The translations under genes were made by a program, and so were the position numbers. This document shows positions 37,234 to 48,364 of a stretch of DNA of 64,000 nt, piece by piece. Location: the NCBI GenBank assembly GCA_964445105.1, contig CAYUJS010000003.1, positions 9,059-73,058 of the forward strand, read 5' to 3'. Position 1 is the stretch's first letter. Each line of letters opens with the position of its first letter. Origin of the DNA: an uncultured bacterium (GTDB lineage Bacteria; Chlamydiota; Chlamydiia; Chlamydiales; JAJFMA01). The notes under the pieces were generated by a model, which was given only the letters and a program-made list of their open reading frames with translations, was not told where the DNA came from and made no database searches.

Positions 37234-38077
37234 CTTTTTGGACGTAGGGCAAGACACGGCGTTGTACAAAACGTCGCCACGAAGGGAGGGTATCTTTCAC
37301 CATTATCTCGTAATAACCTAAGCGACAAGGCGACAACTGTTGTTTTTTGATTGCGTTGACGACGAGTCGGATGCTGAGCCCTTTATGACGAAACCGCGGG
37401 TCAATATAGAGCGCAGAATAGCGGATGACCTCATCGGCCACTCGATGTGTAACCATCCAGCCTATGACTTCTCCCTCGTGGCGCAGACCGATGCTGTTGC
37501 TCCATTCAATGCGGTTTTTGTCCCTGTGCGTAGGCAGTACGGATAGAGAAATGGCCCCTTGCTGTCCTTGATGCGTGATACTTGCTGCTTGCTCCTCAGT
37601 GAGTTCAGCCCAGGGGAATTCTTCAAATCCTTTGGGGAGTGGAGGAATGCGGTCAAACCAGGGTGGAGTTAGGGTGTGGACGTCGTGATGGTGCTGCTCG
37701 ATAAACGGTTGGGGAGCAAACCAGCCAGGTCCCGTCATCAGGTGTTCTAAGTTCTTTAAATATGGATTATCAGACGATAAGTAAACGGTTAGGATAAGCT
37801 CTTCTTGTTTCACCATCGTTGCGACCAGCAGGTCGAGCAGCTGTCTTGCGAGGCCTTGTCCACGGTGTGATGGCAAGATGAAGAGGTGCTCCAGCTCATA
37901 CCCGCGGATAATCGGTCTGGCTACGAGTAGCCCGGCAGGCTCGCCTTGGTCGAGGGCTGCATAGGCGAGAAATGCCACCTCTGCTGGATGAAAGCGGCAC
38001 GAGGCATGCGGAGGAAGCAGGGGGCGGTAAAGTTCGCTTTTCCACTCTTGCGTGGTAAGAGGAACGATATCGACCAT
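37190..38077 (-). CDS. Tandem GNAT acetyltransferase-like protein
   Basis: Two acetyl-CoA-type motifs (HRGQGLARQLLDLL and FRHKGLSIRLVVNAI). Its ATG overlaps the stop of the upstream 743-aa gene (TAATG). Its 3' end overlaps lgt by 44 nt in convergent orientation. Confidence 0.65.
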   Translation of the reverse strand: MVDIVPLTTQEWKSELYRPLLPPHASCRFHPAEVAFLAYAALDQGEPAGLLVARPIIRGYELEHLFILPSHRGQGLARQLLDLLVATMVKQEELILTVYLSSDNPYLKNLEHLMTGPGWFAPQPFIEQHHHDVHTLTPPWFDRIPPLPKGFEEFPWAELTEEQAASITHQGQQGAISLSVLPTHRDKNRIEWSNSIGLRHEGEVIGWMVTHRVADEVIRYSALYIDPRFRHKGLSIRLVVNAIKKQQLSPCRLGYYEIMVKDTLPSWRRFVQRRVLPYVQKVNQVRLAWKKIQPN

Positions 38078-40308
38078 TAGGGCGTCTCCAAATCTGCTAA
38101 AAGTTGGTTAAACTCGGCTAATCCCACGGAGTGAAAGAGGAGGTGGAGCCCGTTTGTCAATGGAAATTGCGAAAAAGAGAGCGAGCGCTCACTTTCCAGT
38201 ATCGATTTGGCTTCGTCCACAGCCGTCCCGCTAATCGCTATTTCCACAAATCTCCACAAAAGGCGGGCGTCTTGTTGGTAGAATGCGTAGATTGCGCCGA
38301 TTTTTTCTAACGAGTTTTTTTCATCACTGGTCAGCCAGGCCTGTATTTGACACTCCTGGATGACCTGTGCAATGTCGCAGTCGATCAAGTCCTTTATAGC
38401 CGTTAGGAAAGGCATATCCTCTACCTCCGACTGGCGAAAAAGCTCGACATTTCGCCAAAAACGCTTCTGCATCTCTTTTCTTTGGTCTTGCGATGTGATG
38501 TGATGAAAGGCCGAGCGCAGGCTGGTATGGGTTTGTAGCTGTTCTTTTTGGTTCCAAGGAAAGACGCAGCGGCCTTGCTTGCCTGTGGGGTCCAGCAAAC
38601 TCACGGTCATGGCGATTTGGATGCTGTAGGGGAGGTACCAGGTAAGATATTCTTCGAGGCCATACCAAGGACGTGTCGGGACGGCGCCTGTTGGATAACG
38701 GGGGCCTGCAAGGTGGATGGAAGGGTGAAGCAGCGGGTTTGCTTCCATTAGCCCCCTCAAATGCTGCTCTTCAGATCCAAAAGGAAGATTCAGGCAAATT
38801 TTCGGTTTGGTCACATATTCAGACATGGCCGCTGAGCAAATATCCGTTGTCCACTGGCTTGAGGAAAAGATTGCTTTGGGATCCGTCAAAACTTGCCTGA
38901 AGGCGGGGTAAATAATGTTAAACTTTGTGGCCCGTCCGATGGCGTAGCTCGCGGAACAGGAATAGCGATTGAACGCTTCATGTGCAAAAAAGGCATGGCA
39001 AAAGAGATTGGAAGGGGGAATTTCCATGTCGTCGTCGATCATGAAAATGGCATTACCTGCCAGCTCTTTGTGGGCCAGTACGTGGGCTTGGAAAAGCTGT
39101 TTTAAAAGGGCTGGATCTGATGCGAGCATGGCCTGCACGGTTTGGTACCCCCGCACGAACAGTTGCCTAAGTACAGGTGTAAGGAGAAATACGCAATTGC
39201 GCGCGCCGCCGAAGCCTAACTGTCCCTTTTGGGTGGTGTCTAGGAGGCGCTCGGCGCCGATTTTTTTGCCTAGCATAAGAATTTGCGCGAGATGGAGGTG
39301 TAAGATGGGGCACTCGTAGCGGCGGGCCAGCTGTGCGAGATAGTGTTGGTTGATCGCGTAGATCTCTGGCTCAGACTGGTCGTAAATAAAAATTGGGAAC
39401 GCGCCGAGCGAAGGTAGAACGTCTTTTAGCCCCCTGAGAAGAGAGGCTACCCCTGGCAGGGCGGCAAGGTTTTTATTTCTGGTAGGTATAGCGCAGGTCA
39501 GCATTTGTAGGCCAGCGGTGTACTTGTTTGGCTGCTGACGCATTGCTTCGAGATGCATGAGGATATTTAGCGCATAAGAAAGAAAGGCCACCATCTCACC
39601 TGCAGCTATTTGTGGGAGCGCCTCGGGGCGCTCGAAAAGCTTACAGAGAAGCTGTAGTTTGTCGTGTAGCGAGGTCTCTGGTTGTTTGGTTCCTTTCCAA
39701 AGGAAGGGCACCTGGTTGTGTAGCCCGAAGCGACGGGTGAAATTCTGAAACTCGGAAAGGGAAGGTACGTAGCGGAACCGTTGCTCCAGCGCCCGCTTGC
39801 GCTCGGCAGCTTGCCCTAGGTCGCCCTCAGTAACTTGGGCAATATGTAGAGGGGAGGCGACGATGAGGGGGATTAGCCGGCAAAAAAGATTGAAACAGAG
39901 TTCCGTTTGTTTGCGGGCATACACTTCTTGGAAGGCGAGAAGTTGACTCAGCTCTAGGGGAAGCCGTTGGTTGAGGTCATAATAGTAACTGCGAAAGCCG
40001 TCAATCAGCGTTTGCAGGGGGTGGTCTAAAGGGTAAATTGTTTCGAGGGTTGTGAGGATTGCATAAGAGCCCTCTCGGTAATTTCTAAAGGCGTAATAAA
40101 CAAGCTCTACAGTTTCATTTAGAGTAAGTTCGCGCAAAGCTTTCTCTAAAGTGTCTGGACAAGCGCTTTCAGCGAGCCTCTGTAAGAGGGCATACTCATC
40201 TAAGTCACAGATTTTAAGCCCGGTATAGAAAATTTCATATTGGACAGCCGTTAAAAAACGACGGCGATCCAAAGCGGAAAGGAGGGGTTGATTCTTGGTA
40301 CGAGGCAT
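38077..40308 (-). CDS. Large hypothetical protein with a central GT-A-like glycosyltransferase motif set
   Basis: 743 aa. Residues about 270-440 carry, in order, AIPTRN, IFIYDQS, GFGGARN and IFMIDDDMEIP, the order expected for a GT2-like GT-A fold. The flanking roughly 270-aa and 300-aa regions are unrecognised. Confidence 0.6.
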   Translation of the reverse strand: MPRTKNQPLLSALDRRRFLTAVQYEIFYTGLKICDLDEYALLQRLAESACPDTLEKALRELTLNETVELVYYAFRNYREGSYAILTTLETIYPLDHPLQTLIDGFRSYYYDLNQRLPLELSQLLAFQEVYARKQTELCFNLFCRLIPLIVASPLHIAQVTEGDLGQAAERKRALEQRFRYVPSLSEFQNFTRRFGLHNQVPFLWKGTKQPETSLHDKLQLLCKLFERPEALPQIAAGEMVAFLSYALNILMHLEAMRQQPNKYTAGLQMLTCAIPTRNKNLAALPGVASLLRGLKDVLPSLGAFPIFIYDQSEPEIYAINQHYLAQLARRYECPILHLHLAQILMLGKKIGAERLLDTTQKGQLGFGGARNCVFLLTPVLRQLFVRGYQTVQAMLASDPALLKQLFQAHVLAHKELAGNAIFMIDDDMEIPPSNLFCHAFFAHEAFNRYSCSASYAIGRATKFNIIYPAFRQVLTDPKAIFSSSQWTTDICSAAMSEYVTKPKICLNLPFGSEEQHLRGLMEANPLLHPSIHLAGPRYPTGAVPTRPWYGLEEYLTWYLPYSIQIAMTVSLLDPTGKQGRCVFPWNQKEQLQTHTSLRSAFHHITSQDQRKEMQKRFWRNVELFRQSEVEDMPFLTAIKDLIDCDIAQVIQECQIQAWLTSDEKNSLEKIGAIYAFYQQDARLLWRFVEIAISGTAVDEAKSILESERSLSFSQFPLTNGLHLLFHSVGLAEFNQLLADLETP

Positions 40309-40369
40309 AGGCGCACGTTAGCAAGGGGGGTGTTTTCGGGCAACTGTTTGCACTCACATGCCATTTTTT

Positions 40370-41216
40370 ACGCTTATTTTGTAGCTCGCGCACTTCATCG
40401 ACGGTTAAACCCGCAAGCTTGGTATATAGAGAATCACTCTTCCAGTAAACCAGTAGCAAGCGCGATTTTAGCCCTTTTCTCACCTATTGCTATCCCCTCT
40501 TCGCGTTCGGCTTTAAGAGCGCTACTAGCATCGCCCACGGCCATGGCTATCCTTTTGTAGGCATTTAGCTCAAGCCTCTGTCCAAGACAAGCGCTCCAAT
40601 ACGCGGTAAGCTTCTTTAATCTCGGTGTTGTCGGCTAGTAGCGTTTCCATCTCACTGTTTTGGTTGGTGTCCTTCAGAAAGTAGTACCATTTATCCTCTA
40701 TGGTTTCTAGCTCGTCGAGCGTTTTGGTAAATTTAGGCAGCTAAACGAAGATAAAGTAAAAATCTGTGGGGTCATGCTCGATCGTTTTATTGTCTAAAAT
40801 GGTGTGGTCGGACTTGTAGCTTTTCTTTTTTGGGAAGACAACGCAGGAGGTGATCGCCAAAAAGACGACTTGTTTTAAGTCAGCATAAGGGGCGCCTGCA
40901 GTAAAATGGGTGCAGTAAGTCTTAGCCGCATAGAACTGGGCGCGCTTTTCAAAGCCTGGCACCTTGGCTACCTGCATTTCGACGACGTATTTGGTCCCTC
41001 GCTGGTCTCTGAATAGCACATCTACAATGCTTTCCTTGCGCGCCTCGATCTCTGGAGACTGGACGGAATTCAAAAACTCTAGGTCTAAACCGTGTCTTCT
41101 CGTTTAAGATTTAGGGCAACGTTCAGGAAAGCGATGGGGATGCGCTTATTTTTTTTCTTCGCCAAATATTTTTTGAAGGCCAGATCGTTTTTAGGATCTA
41201 GATATCGGGAAATCAT
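40370..41216 (-). pseudogene. Decayed Rpn-family recombination-promoting nuclease / PD-(D/E)XK transposase-like gene
   Basis: Family-typical segments are spread over three frames: MISRYLDPKNDLAFKK, LDLEFLNSVQ...IVDVLFRDQRGTKYVVEMQ, LPKFTKTLDELETIEDKWYYFLK and LAGLTVDEVRELQ. There are frameshifts at A-runs near 41130-41170, an in-frame TAG at 40741-40743, and two further frameshifts. Confidence 0.7.
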
Positions 41217-41338
41217 GCTCACACTCCTTACAAAAGGTTGCTTTGAACACAATTGTAACATAACCGCTTCATTCCTTTCCCGCCGTTTGCATACTGAATC
41301 GCCGAAAATAGCTCGTAAACTTTAGCTAAAACGTGCAA

Positions 41339-42313
41339 CTAGATTCGCTTACTCAGAAAGAATTGTAAGCGAGAGGCATTGGAGGGGTGGTAGGGCTGAT
41401 CGTGGAAAATTTTTTGACGAACTTGGTCGATATTTCCCTTTTTGACGATAGCGACGAGAATATCTTTTTTATAAAGGAGAATATTGCCCTCGACGTATCT
41501 GGGGGCCGAGGCGGCGATAGCGTCGGCCTCTTTTTCCCAAACACGACGAACGTAGCGAACAGATGTACGCAGCAGGCGGGGGCTCATGGCTGTGCGCGTC
41601 ACTAAGCCCGCGCACAGAGCGTAGGAAAGAGGAATGATGGTGTGGACACTGTCCGAAAATAAACCACTAATCAAGGCTGCTGCCGCGCCGACGCAGCCAG
41701 GCACAGTTACCTGCATCGTCAGACTCAACAGCTTTTGCAGAAAGTTTCCGCGCGTTGGGTTGAGGTGGTGAGCTTGGATGTGGCCAAACTCATGGGCAAG
41801 CTCGCCTTCTAGTTCTACTTGGCTTAAACACTCTCCGTATTGCTTCACGAGCTGGCTCAACCTACCTTTTGGCATCCCTTCAGAGAAACGATGGGTGTAG
41901 TGCATCATTTCTTCAATGCTGTCGGGGCTTTTATGCAAGAATTGTTGCCAGACCGCCCAGTCGAATTGATTAAAAAGCCGCTTAGAGGCAAGCTCTTTTT
42001 CCTGGTCCAGGACCACGGCTCTGCGTAGGTAGCGATGGGGGATGATGATGGTCGGTTTGCCTTTATGCCAGACAGCGCGCGAGGTGTCTGCATCTAACTG
42101 GACGGCAAATTTGACTTTCAGACCCTCAGGGACGCCTAAATCTCGCCCGACTTTATGCCAGACCTCTTTAATTTGTCGAAAACGCTTAGCATCGCTGGCC
42201 GTTAATTCATGTTCTTGTGTGATTGGTTCCTCTCCCGACTCGGCCCGATCGGTGTAGAACAGCCTTTCGTAGGTGCCATAAAAGCATTGGGTGGCAAGGT
42301 TTAAAAGAATCAT
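41339..42313 (-). CDS. M48-like zinc metallopeptidase
   Basis: HEFGH (HExxH), hydrophobic segments, then a downstream EKEAD, which fits the M48 third-ligand region. Confidence 0.55.
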   Translation of the reverse strand: MILLNLATQCFYGTYERLFYTDRAESGEEPITQEHELTASDAKRFRQIKEVWHKVGRDLGVPEGLKVKFAVQLDADTSRAVWHKGKPTIIIPHRYLRRAVVLDQEKELASKRLFNQFDWAVWQQFLHKSPDSIEEMMHYTHRFSEGMPKGRLSQLVKQYGECLSQVELEGELAHEFGHIQAHHLNPTRGNFLQKLLSLTMQVTVPGCVGAAAALISGLFSDSVHTIIPLSYALCAGLVTRTAMSPRLLRTSVRYVRRVWEKEADAIAASAPRYVEGNILLYKKDILVAIVKKGNIDQVRQKIFHDQPYHPSNASRLQFFLSKRI

Positions 42314-42427
42314 GCAAGCCGCGTTAAGTTGCTTAGTAAGCAGCCATTATAGTATTTGTGGAGATTAGTTACAACGGGAGCTGTGGCCCTTTGGCGAGGG
42401 AGCGCTTTTGCCCCTCGCCATAAAAAT

Positions 42428-43108
42428 TTATTGAATAGCGATAAGAGCGAATTCTTTTTCGTACGCCTTAGAAATCGAATCCGCGATCTCGTCGTGGATA
42501 ACCTCTAGATCTCTGCGACGCTCTTTTTCTGAACCTTTGTAACGGGTCATAACTAAGAAAAATTGCCGACCGTCCAGGATCATGGTGGTTTTGCAGATAG
42601 GGCCTTCAAGTGTTGAGGCGCCGGTTTTGCTGTCTCTGACTTCGTCTCTGTCCCAAACCACTTCGTCGATTCGTCTGACGATCTTGCCCTCAGCAAATAG
42701 AATCTCTTCATTGTAGGCTAATTGCACTAATGCACAGTCACATTCCTCGCCGCCACAAGTGCAGAACCACTCTCGGTTTTCTTTTACGAGGTCATCCCAA
42801 TCGGCGTCTTCCGGTACGTGTTGCACTGAGATCCCCGTTAAGGTCTCGTAATCTTTCGTGCTTACGACAAACTCGAGCCGCTTCTCGCGCGTGTTGTAAC
42901 TCCACTCTTCGAATGAGGGAAGTTCAAAATTCACTTCGTTTCCGTGGAGATTAGCGGTTAGCTTTACCCAGCCCTGAGCGGTTGGCGTTGTGAAAAACAC
43001 ATAAGAAGCCTTGTTATCTTGAGTTACAGTTACTCTGGTCGTATCAGCCGAAAGATGGCCGACAACCACTGCTAGGCAAAAAGTCAGCACAATGTGAAAA
43101 TATTTCAT
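42428..43108 (-). CDS. Secreted hypothetical protein
   Basis: Signal peptide MKYFHIVLTFCLAVVVGHLSA. Cys cluster CTCGGEECDC. No family recognised. Confidence 0.5.
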   Translation of the reverse strand: MKYFHIVLTFCLAVVVGHLSADTTRVTVTQDNKASYVFFTTPTAQGWVKLTANLHGNEVNFELPSFEEWSYNTREKRLEFVVSTKDYETLTGISVQHVPEDADWDDLVKENREWFCTCGGEECDCALVQLAYNEEILFAEGKIVRRIDEVVWDRDEVRDSKTGASTLEGPICKTTMILDGRQFFLVMTRYKGSEKERRRDLEVIHDEIADSISKAYEKEFALIAIQ

Positions 43109-43220
43109 GGTTATCTCCTCAAAAGGGTAGGTTACGTTTAGACATTAACCGGCGTACAAAAAATCGTCGACGATTATTTTTACTTGCAGCTTGGAGGCGG
43201 GACATTCTATCCTGTCACAT

Positions 43221-44585
43221 ATGAATCCCCCTAATCCAGCAGCGCCCAGCCCTTCGCAAGTTTTGACTGTTTCGCAGTTGACCACAGCGATTAAATTTAG
43301 TTTAGAGGCGACTTTCCCTCTCATGCAAATTGAGGGAGAACTCAGCAATGTGACACAACACGGCTCGGGCCATCTCTATTTTTCGCTGAAAGATCAGGGA
43401 GCTTGCATCTCGGCCGTGATGTATCGGGGCGCAGCCACGAGACTGGCTTTTGTACCCAAGGCTGGCGATAAGGTACTCGTAAGCGCGAACCTTACGGTCT
43501 ATCCGCAGCGTGGCAACTACCAACTCATGGTGGAGTCTATGCGTTTGGCGGGGGTAGGGGAGCTACTGGCGAAATTGGAGGGGCTTAAAAGAACTCTTAA
43601 GGAGCGGGGCTGGTTTGCTCAAGAGCATAAAAAAACTCTTCCACCCTACCCAAAACGCATAGGGGTGGTCTCGAGCCCCACAGGCGCTGCCATCCAAGAC
43701 ATCCTAAGAGTCCTCGGGCACCGAGATCCGGGTTTTTCCCTTATCCTTAATCCTGTACGCGTGCAAGGAGAAGGAGCCGCGCAAGAGATAGCTCAAGCGA
43801 TCCGCCAATTCAACCAATACAAGTTAGCCGACGTATTGATCGTCGCTCGTGGAGGCGGAAGCATCGAGGATCTTTGGTCTTTCAACGAAGAAATTGTGGC
43901 GCAGGCCATCTTTAGTAGTCAAATTCCTGTGGTGAGCGCGGTTGGCCACGAGACTGATTTTACGATTGCCGACTTTGTCGCTGATGTGCGCGCAGCCACT
44001 CCCTCGCAAGCGGCTGAACTGGTCATCAAAGAAAAAATACAAAAAGAGCGGTTTTTGTTGACTACGCGTCAACAGCTAGAGCAGCGCCTCTTGCAAATTT
44101 TACGATATCACAAGCAGCGTCTAAAAGATTTGCGCAGTCAGCCCATGATCTCCAGCCCCTATTATTGGTTGGGAACAAAAATGCAGCGTCTCGACGATCT
44201 TCGTCAGCAGATCGATCAATCCATGACCGTGCAGCTTCGCCACTACCGCACGCGGCTTGAGGGGCGCAGACAACGTGCTATGGCCCTCGATCCGTCGCTA
44301 CAGCTTCAACAATGGCGCCAAAAACTGCAGGTCTGGGAAAAAAATCTTGTCCAGACAGCCTTGCACGTGCTTTCGTTAAAGCGTGAACGGCTTGCCAATT
44401 TGGCCCGCGTTCTCAAGGCCATCAATCCCAAGCAACTCCTGGGCAAGGGTTATAGCATTCTATTGTCGGAAAAAACGGGCTTAGTGATAAACTCAGTCCG
44501 AGCCCTAAATAAAGATCAAAACCTACGAATGATATTGTCGGACGGCGAAGCGACCGTGCAGGTAAAGGAAATTGTTCTATCGTGA
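43221..44585 (+). CDS. xseA: Exodeoxyribonuclease VII large subunit
   Basis: OB-fold N-terminus (VSQLT...GELSN), [24 protein letters not shown] and a coiled-coil C-terminus. ATG 43221 is preferred. Confidence 0.9.
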   Translation: MNPPNPAAPSPSQVLTVSQLTTAIKFSLEATFPLMQIEGELSNVTQHGSGHLYFSLKDQGACISAVMYRGAATRLAFVPKAGDKVLVSANLTVYPQRGNYQLMVESMRLAGVGELLAKLEGLKRTLKERGWFAQEHKKTLPPYPKRIGVVSSPTGAAIQDILRVLGHRDPGFSLILNPVRVQGEGAAQEIAQAIRQFNQYKLADVLIVARGGGSIEDLWSFNEEIVAQAIFSSQIPVVSAVGHETDFTIADFVADVRAATPSQAAELVIKEKIQKERFLLTTRQQLEQRLLQILRYHKQRLKDLRSQPMISSPYYWLGTKMQRLDDLRQQIDQSMTVQLRHYRTRLEGRRQRAMALDPSLQLQQWRQKLQVWEKNLVQTALHVLSLKRERLANLARVLKAINPKQLLGKGYSILLSEKTGLVINSVRALNKDQNLRMILSDGEATVQVKEIVLS

Positions 44586-44836
44586 CCGAAGAGAAAAAAA
44601 ACGAGCCCACTTTTGAAAATGCGTTTAAGCGTTTGGAGCTCATCTTGGAAAAAATGAACTCCAATCAAACCTCTCTCGATGAATCCCTAGCCCTTTTCGA
44701 AGAGGCCGAGGCGCTTATTTCCTTTTGCGGTAAACGCCTTACAGAGGCTGAACATAAGGTTGAGAAGCTAGTGAAAAATCGCTCAGGTGAGGTGATCCTT
44801 GGGAAAGATGGCCAGCCCGCAACCGAAAGTTTTTGA
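44582..44836 (+). CDS. xseB: Exodeoxyribonuclease VII small subunit
   Basis: 84 aa with FE.A...LE.I...ME....SLDESL.LFEEG-like helices. The GTG start overlaps the xseA stop (GTGA). Confidence 0.85.
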   Translation: MTEEKKNEPTFENAFKRLELILEKMNSNQTSLDESLALFEEAEALISFCGKRLTEAEHKVEKLVKNRSGEVILGKDGQPATESF

Positions 44837-44846
44837 GGATAGTCTA

Positions 44847-46742
44847 GTGGACCCGCGCTTGCTGGATGGCATCGATAGCCCAGATCAGCTCAAGAACTTG
44901 AGCATAGCGGAGCTCCACCAACTCGCCCAAGAGCTGCGCGACCGGATCATCGAAGTGATGTCGGTCAACGGCGGTCATCTCGCCTCGAGCTTGGGGGCTG
45001 TCGAAATCGTGCTTGCGTTGCACAAAGTATTTCAGTCGCCACAAGATAAGTTTATCTGGGATATCGGCCATCAAACCTACGCACACAAACTGATTACAGG
45101 GCGCAAAGATCGCTTTCATCTGGTGCGCAAACACAAGGGGCTTTCTGGGTTCACCAACCCCAAAGAATCCCCTCACGACCATTTTCACGCAGGGCACGCT
45201 GGTGCCGCTCTATCTACAGCGCTTGGCGTAGCTAAAAATCGGGATATGTCGCAGAGGGACGAGTATATCATTCCTATCATCGGCGATGCCGCGCTCACCT
45301 GCGGGTTGACCTACGAAGCGCTCAACAACATGCAGCGCGATCTAAAGCGGTTTATTGTTGTCCTTAACGATAACCAGATGTCCATTTCCGAAAACGTCGG
45401 ATGCATCGCACACACGTTGAGTCGGTTCCTGAGCAATCCAACCTCTACTCGCATTCATCAAGAATTAGATGCGCTGGTCTCCAAAGTACCCTCGGTGGGC
45501 TCGAGCCTTTCGCGACAAGGCCACAAAATTGTTGAGTCGTTAAAAAATCTGGTGAGTCCAGGGGCCTTCTTCAAGCACTTTGGCCTCTCTTACATCGGCC
45601 CCATAGACGGGCATAATGTTAAAAAATTAATCGAAACTTTTGAAGGTGTAAAAGACTCGACCTGGCCGGTGCTCGTCCATGTAATCACCCAAAAAGGCCA
45701 CGGCATGCAGCAAGCCGTCGATAACCCCACCAACTATCATGGCGCACGCCCCTTCGACCTACAGACGGGCAAGTTTTTGCCCTGCCCGACCCCACAGGAA
45801 ACTTTCCCTAAAATTTTCGGCCGGCACGTACTGAAGATGGGCGAAAACGACCCGAGCCTCATCGCTGTCACGCCCGCCATGTCTGCCGGCTCTTGTCTAG
45901 ATGATTTTATGAAGCGCTTTCCCGAGCGCTGTATCGACGTGGGCATCGCCGAATCGCATAGCGTTGCCTATAGCGGAGGGCTAGCTTTTGGCGGCAAGAT
46001 GAAAGTGCTGGCCACCCTCTACTCTACCTTCCTCCAGCGCGCCTTCGACAACATTTACCACGATGTTTGTTTACAGGAGCTTCCCGTTGTCTTTGCGATC
46101 GATCGCGCGGGCATCGCAGGTGGCGACGGTCAGATGGCCAACGGTATTTACGACATAGGTTTTCTCAACGCCATGCCTAACATGATCATTTCTCAGCCAA
46201 GAAATGGTCACGTGCTCAAAGAGCTGTTGGAATCGGCTTTCTCCTGGGGTCGGCCCGCAGCCATCCGCTACCCCAACATAACAACCTGCGAGCCTTCTTT
46301 GCCGCTGATCAGGCGACAAGCGGGCAAAGCAGAGGTACTGGCGATGGGCGAAGAACTGCTTATCATCGGTCTTGGACATATGTGTGAGATCGCTTTGCAG
46401 GTACGTGAAAAGCTCCTGGCGGCTAACATCCAAGCCACAGTGCTTGATCCTATCTTCGTTAAACCCTTGGACTCTGAGCTGCTTTGTCATTTACTGCTTA
46501 CGCACCGCTACATCGTAACTATCGAAGAACACGCCCTCACATGTGGTTTAGGGGCAATTCTTAATCATTTTTTGATGGGTCAAGGTTATAGCGGCGTGCA
46601 AGTGCTTAACTTCGGTGTGCCAGAAGCATTTGTCGAGCAAGGCAGCCATCGCCAGCTACTCCAAGAGCTAGGGCTGACCGCCGAAGATATCGCGGCTACT
46701 ATTGTACGGCGTTTTATCTTTAATGCTTCTGCCGCTCTATGA
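44847..46742 (+). CDS. dxs: 1-deoxy-D-xylulose-5-phosphate synthase
   Basis: [17 protein letters not shown] and GDAALT thiamine-diphosphate motifs. I chose GTG 44847 because it has a GAGGA RBS 7 nt upstream. In-frame alternatives are ATG 44808 and TTG 44799. Confidence 0.9.
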   Translation: MDPRLLDGIDSPDQLKNLSIAELHQLAQELRDRIIEVMSVNGGHLASSLGAVEIVLALHKVFQSPQDKFIWDIGHQTYAHKLITGRKDRFHLVRKHKGLSGFTNPKESPHDHFHAGHAGAALSTALGVAKNRDMSQRDEYIIPIIGDAALTCGLTYEALNNMQRDLKRFIVVLNDNQMSISENVGCIAHTLSRFLSNPTSTRIHQELDALVSKVPSVGSSLSRQGHKIVESLKNLVSPGAFFKHFGLSYIGPIDGHNVKKLIETFEGVKDSTWPVLVHVITQKGHGMQQAVDNPTNYHGARPFDLQTGKFLPCPTPQETFPKIFGRHVLKMGENDPSLIAVTPAMSAGSCLDDFMKRFPERCIDVGIAESHSVAYSGGLAFGGKMKVLATLYSTFLQRAFDNIYHDVCLQELPVVFAIDRAGIAGGDGQMANGIYDIGFLNAMPNMIISQPRNGHVLKELLESAFSWGRPAAIRYPNITTCEPSLPLIRRQAGKAEVLAMGEELLIIGLGHMCEIALQVREKLLAANIQATVLDPIFVKPLDSELLCHLLLTHRYIVTIEEHALTCGLGAILNHFLMGQGYSGVQVLNFGVPEAFVEQGSHRQLLQELGLTAEDIAATIVRRFIFNASAAL

Positions 46743-47587
46743 TCATTGCCCTTTTTCCAAATACACAAAAAAGCCAAACTAAAAACATCGCTCTGGGTAT
46801 CAAAGAGTTTCTGGCTGCACGCCACGTCACAGTGGTTGCCGAAGACGCTGAAGCGCGAATCATCGGTCTGCCGCTCCTTTCTTCTGTAGCTCCTGAATCG
46901 ATCGACTTTCTCATTTCGCTCGGCGGCGATGGCACCATCTTGCGGCTGGTGCACCGCCATCCTGAGCTCAACGCCCCTCTACTAGGTATCAATCTTGGGG
47001 GCCTTGGCTTTATGGCCGATGTGCCCATTACCGACATCTACCCAAGCCTACAAGATCTTTTAGAAGGTAATTACCGTGTACAGCGGCGTATGATGATGGA
47101 AGGGCTGACAGCTCAAGGAGAAACCTGCTTTGCGATCAACGAAATGGTGGTGCACCGCGCGCAAAACCCGAGCCTTGTCGATTTGGGTGTGCATGTCGAT
47201 GGGCAATACCTCAACACTTTCTCTGCTGATGGCATCATTATTTCTACCCCCAGTGGCTCTACAGCCTACTCGTTAGCCGCGGGCGGCCCCATATTGACAC
47301 CAGATTTGAACGCCTTCGTTGTTACCCCGATTAGCCCCCATACCATTTCCAACAGACCTATCGTCCTGCTGCCCAAAAAAGAGATACAGATCCAGTACCT
47401 TAGCGAGTACCATCCCGTCGAGATAACCTTTGATGGTATCTCGCGCTATGCCCTGGCCACTGGGGAAGTATTCCATGTGCGGCCCGCAGAAAAAACATTC
47501 CCCCTGGTCAGTCTCCCAAGACATGACTATTTCTCTACCCTTCGCTCAAAGCTGGGTTGGGCAGGCAAACTCAAGACAGTGACGTAG
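46739..47587 (+). CDS. nadK: NAD kinase
   Basis: [13 protein letters not shown] and [17 protein letters not shown] motifs. The ATG overlaps the dxs stop (ATGA). Confidence 0.9.
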   Translation: MIIALFPNTQKSQTKNIALGIKEFLAARHVTVVAEDAEARIIGLPLLSSVAPESIDFLISLGGDGTILRLVHRHPELNAPLLGINLGGLGFMADVPITDIYPSLQDLLEGNYRVQRRMMMEGLTAQGETCFAINEMVVHRAQNPSLVDLGVHVDGQYLNTFSADGIIISTPSGSTAYSLAAGGPILTPDLNAFVVTPISPHTISNRPIVLLPKKEIQIQYLSEYHPVEITFDGISRYALATGEVFHVRPAEKTFPLVSLPRHDYFSTLRSKLGWAGKLKTVT

Positions 47588-47999
47588 TGCAAGCAGTTGA
47601 TGCACCACCATATCCTAACAAAAATTTACATCAATCGTCGTTAAGGATAGAAAAAATATTTTAATTTGGTGGAAAAAACAGCCAAAACTGAGCCGAAAAA
47701 ATAAATTTTAAAATCCTTAAAATCAATTTTTTAGATCAAATTTTAGAGGAGAATTCTCCAAAATCTTAAAAATATAGTGGATCATTTATCGACCAAGGCG
47801 TATCTACAAAAGATAAATCCTTTCTTGCTACTGGGACTCAAAGCGTAGGTGCTCGAAAAACCAAAAGTAAGTGGAGGACAAAATCACGGGGAGAGCGGAC
47901 CGAGTTCGCTAAACGAGGTATTGCTACCCTGTGAATTGATCGCAGAAATTGGATCATTGAAATGAATTGGACAAATCGTAACCTAACAGGAGTTTCGCA

Positions 48000-48194
48000 A
48001 TGAAGAATCTGTTCTCCGTGATGGCAATGGCTGCCACAGCATTAATGCTAACAAGCTGCTGCTGCGAAAAAGATTGCTATGAAAACACATGCAAGCCACG
48101 TTGCTGTAAGCCACGTTGCAACCCACAACCTTGTGGCCAACAGCCTTGTAGCAAGCCAAATCCTTGCTGCGACTACAATGGCGGTTGGAACTAA
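48000..48194 (+). CDS. omcA: Small cysteine-rich lipoprotein, OmcA-like
   Basis: Signal peptide plus lipobox (LMLTSC). 12 Cys in a mature peptide of about 45 aa. It lies immediately upstream of an OmcB-like gene, as in Chlamydiaceae. Confidence 0.65.
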   Translation: MKNLFSVMAMAATALMLTSCCCEKDCYENTCKPRCCKPRCNPQPCGQQPCSKPNPCCDYNGGWN

Positions 48195-48364
48195 TAACGT
48201 GGTTTACCTTCCGGTAAACGCGTAGGAGTAGGGGAGTCCTAATCTCCCCACTCCACCAGTTTATGTTTATGACATCACTTCACTCCGGCGATCGAACCCG
48301 GCGTGGCGATTTTAAGAACGATGAGCGTGAAATTCAAAACGAGCAAAGAAACAAGGAGACCTTA

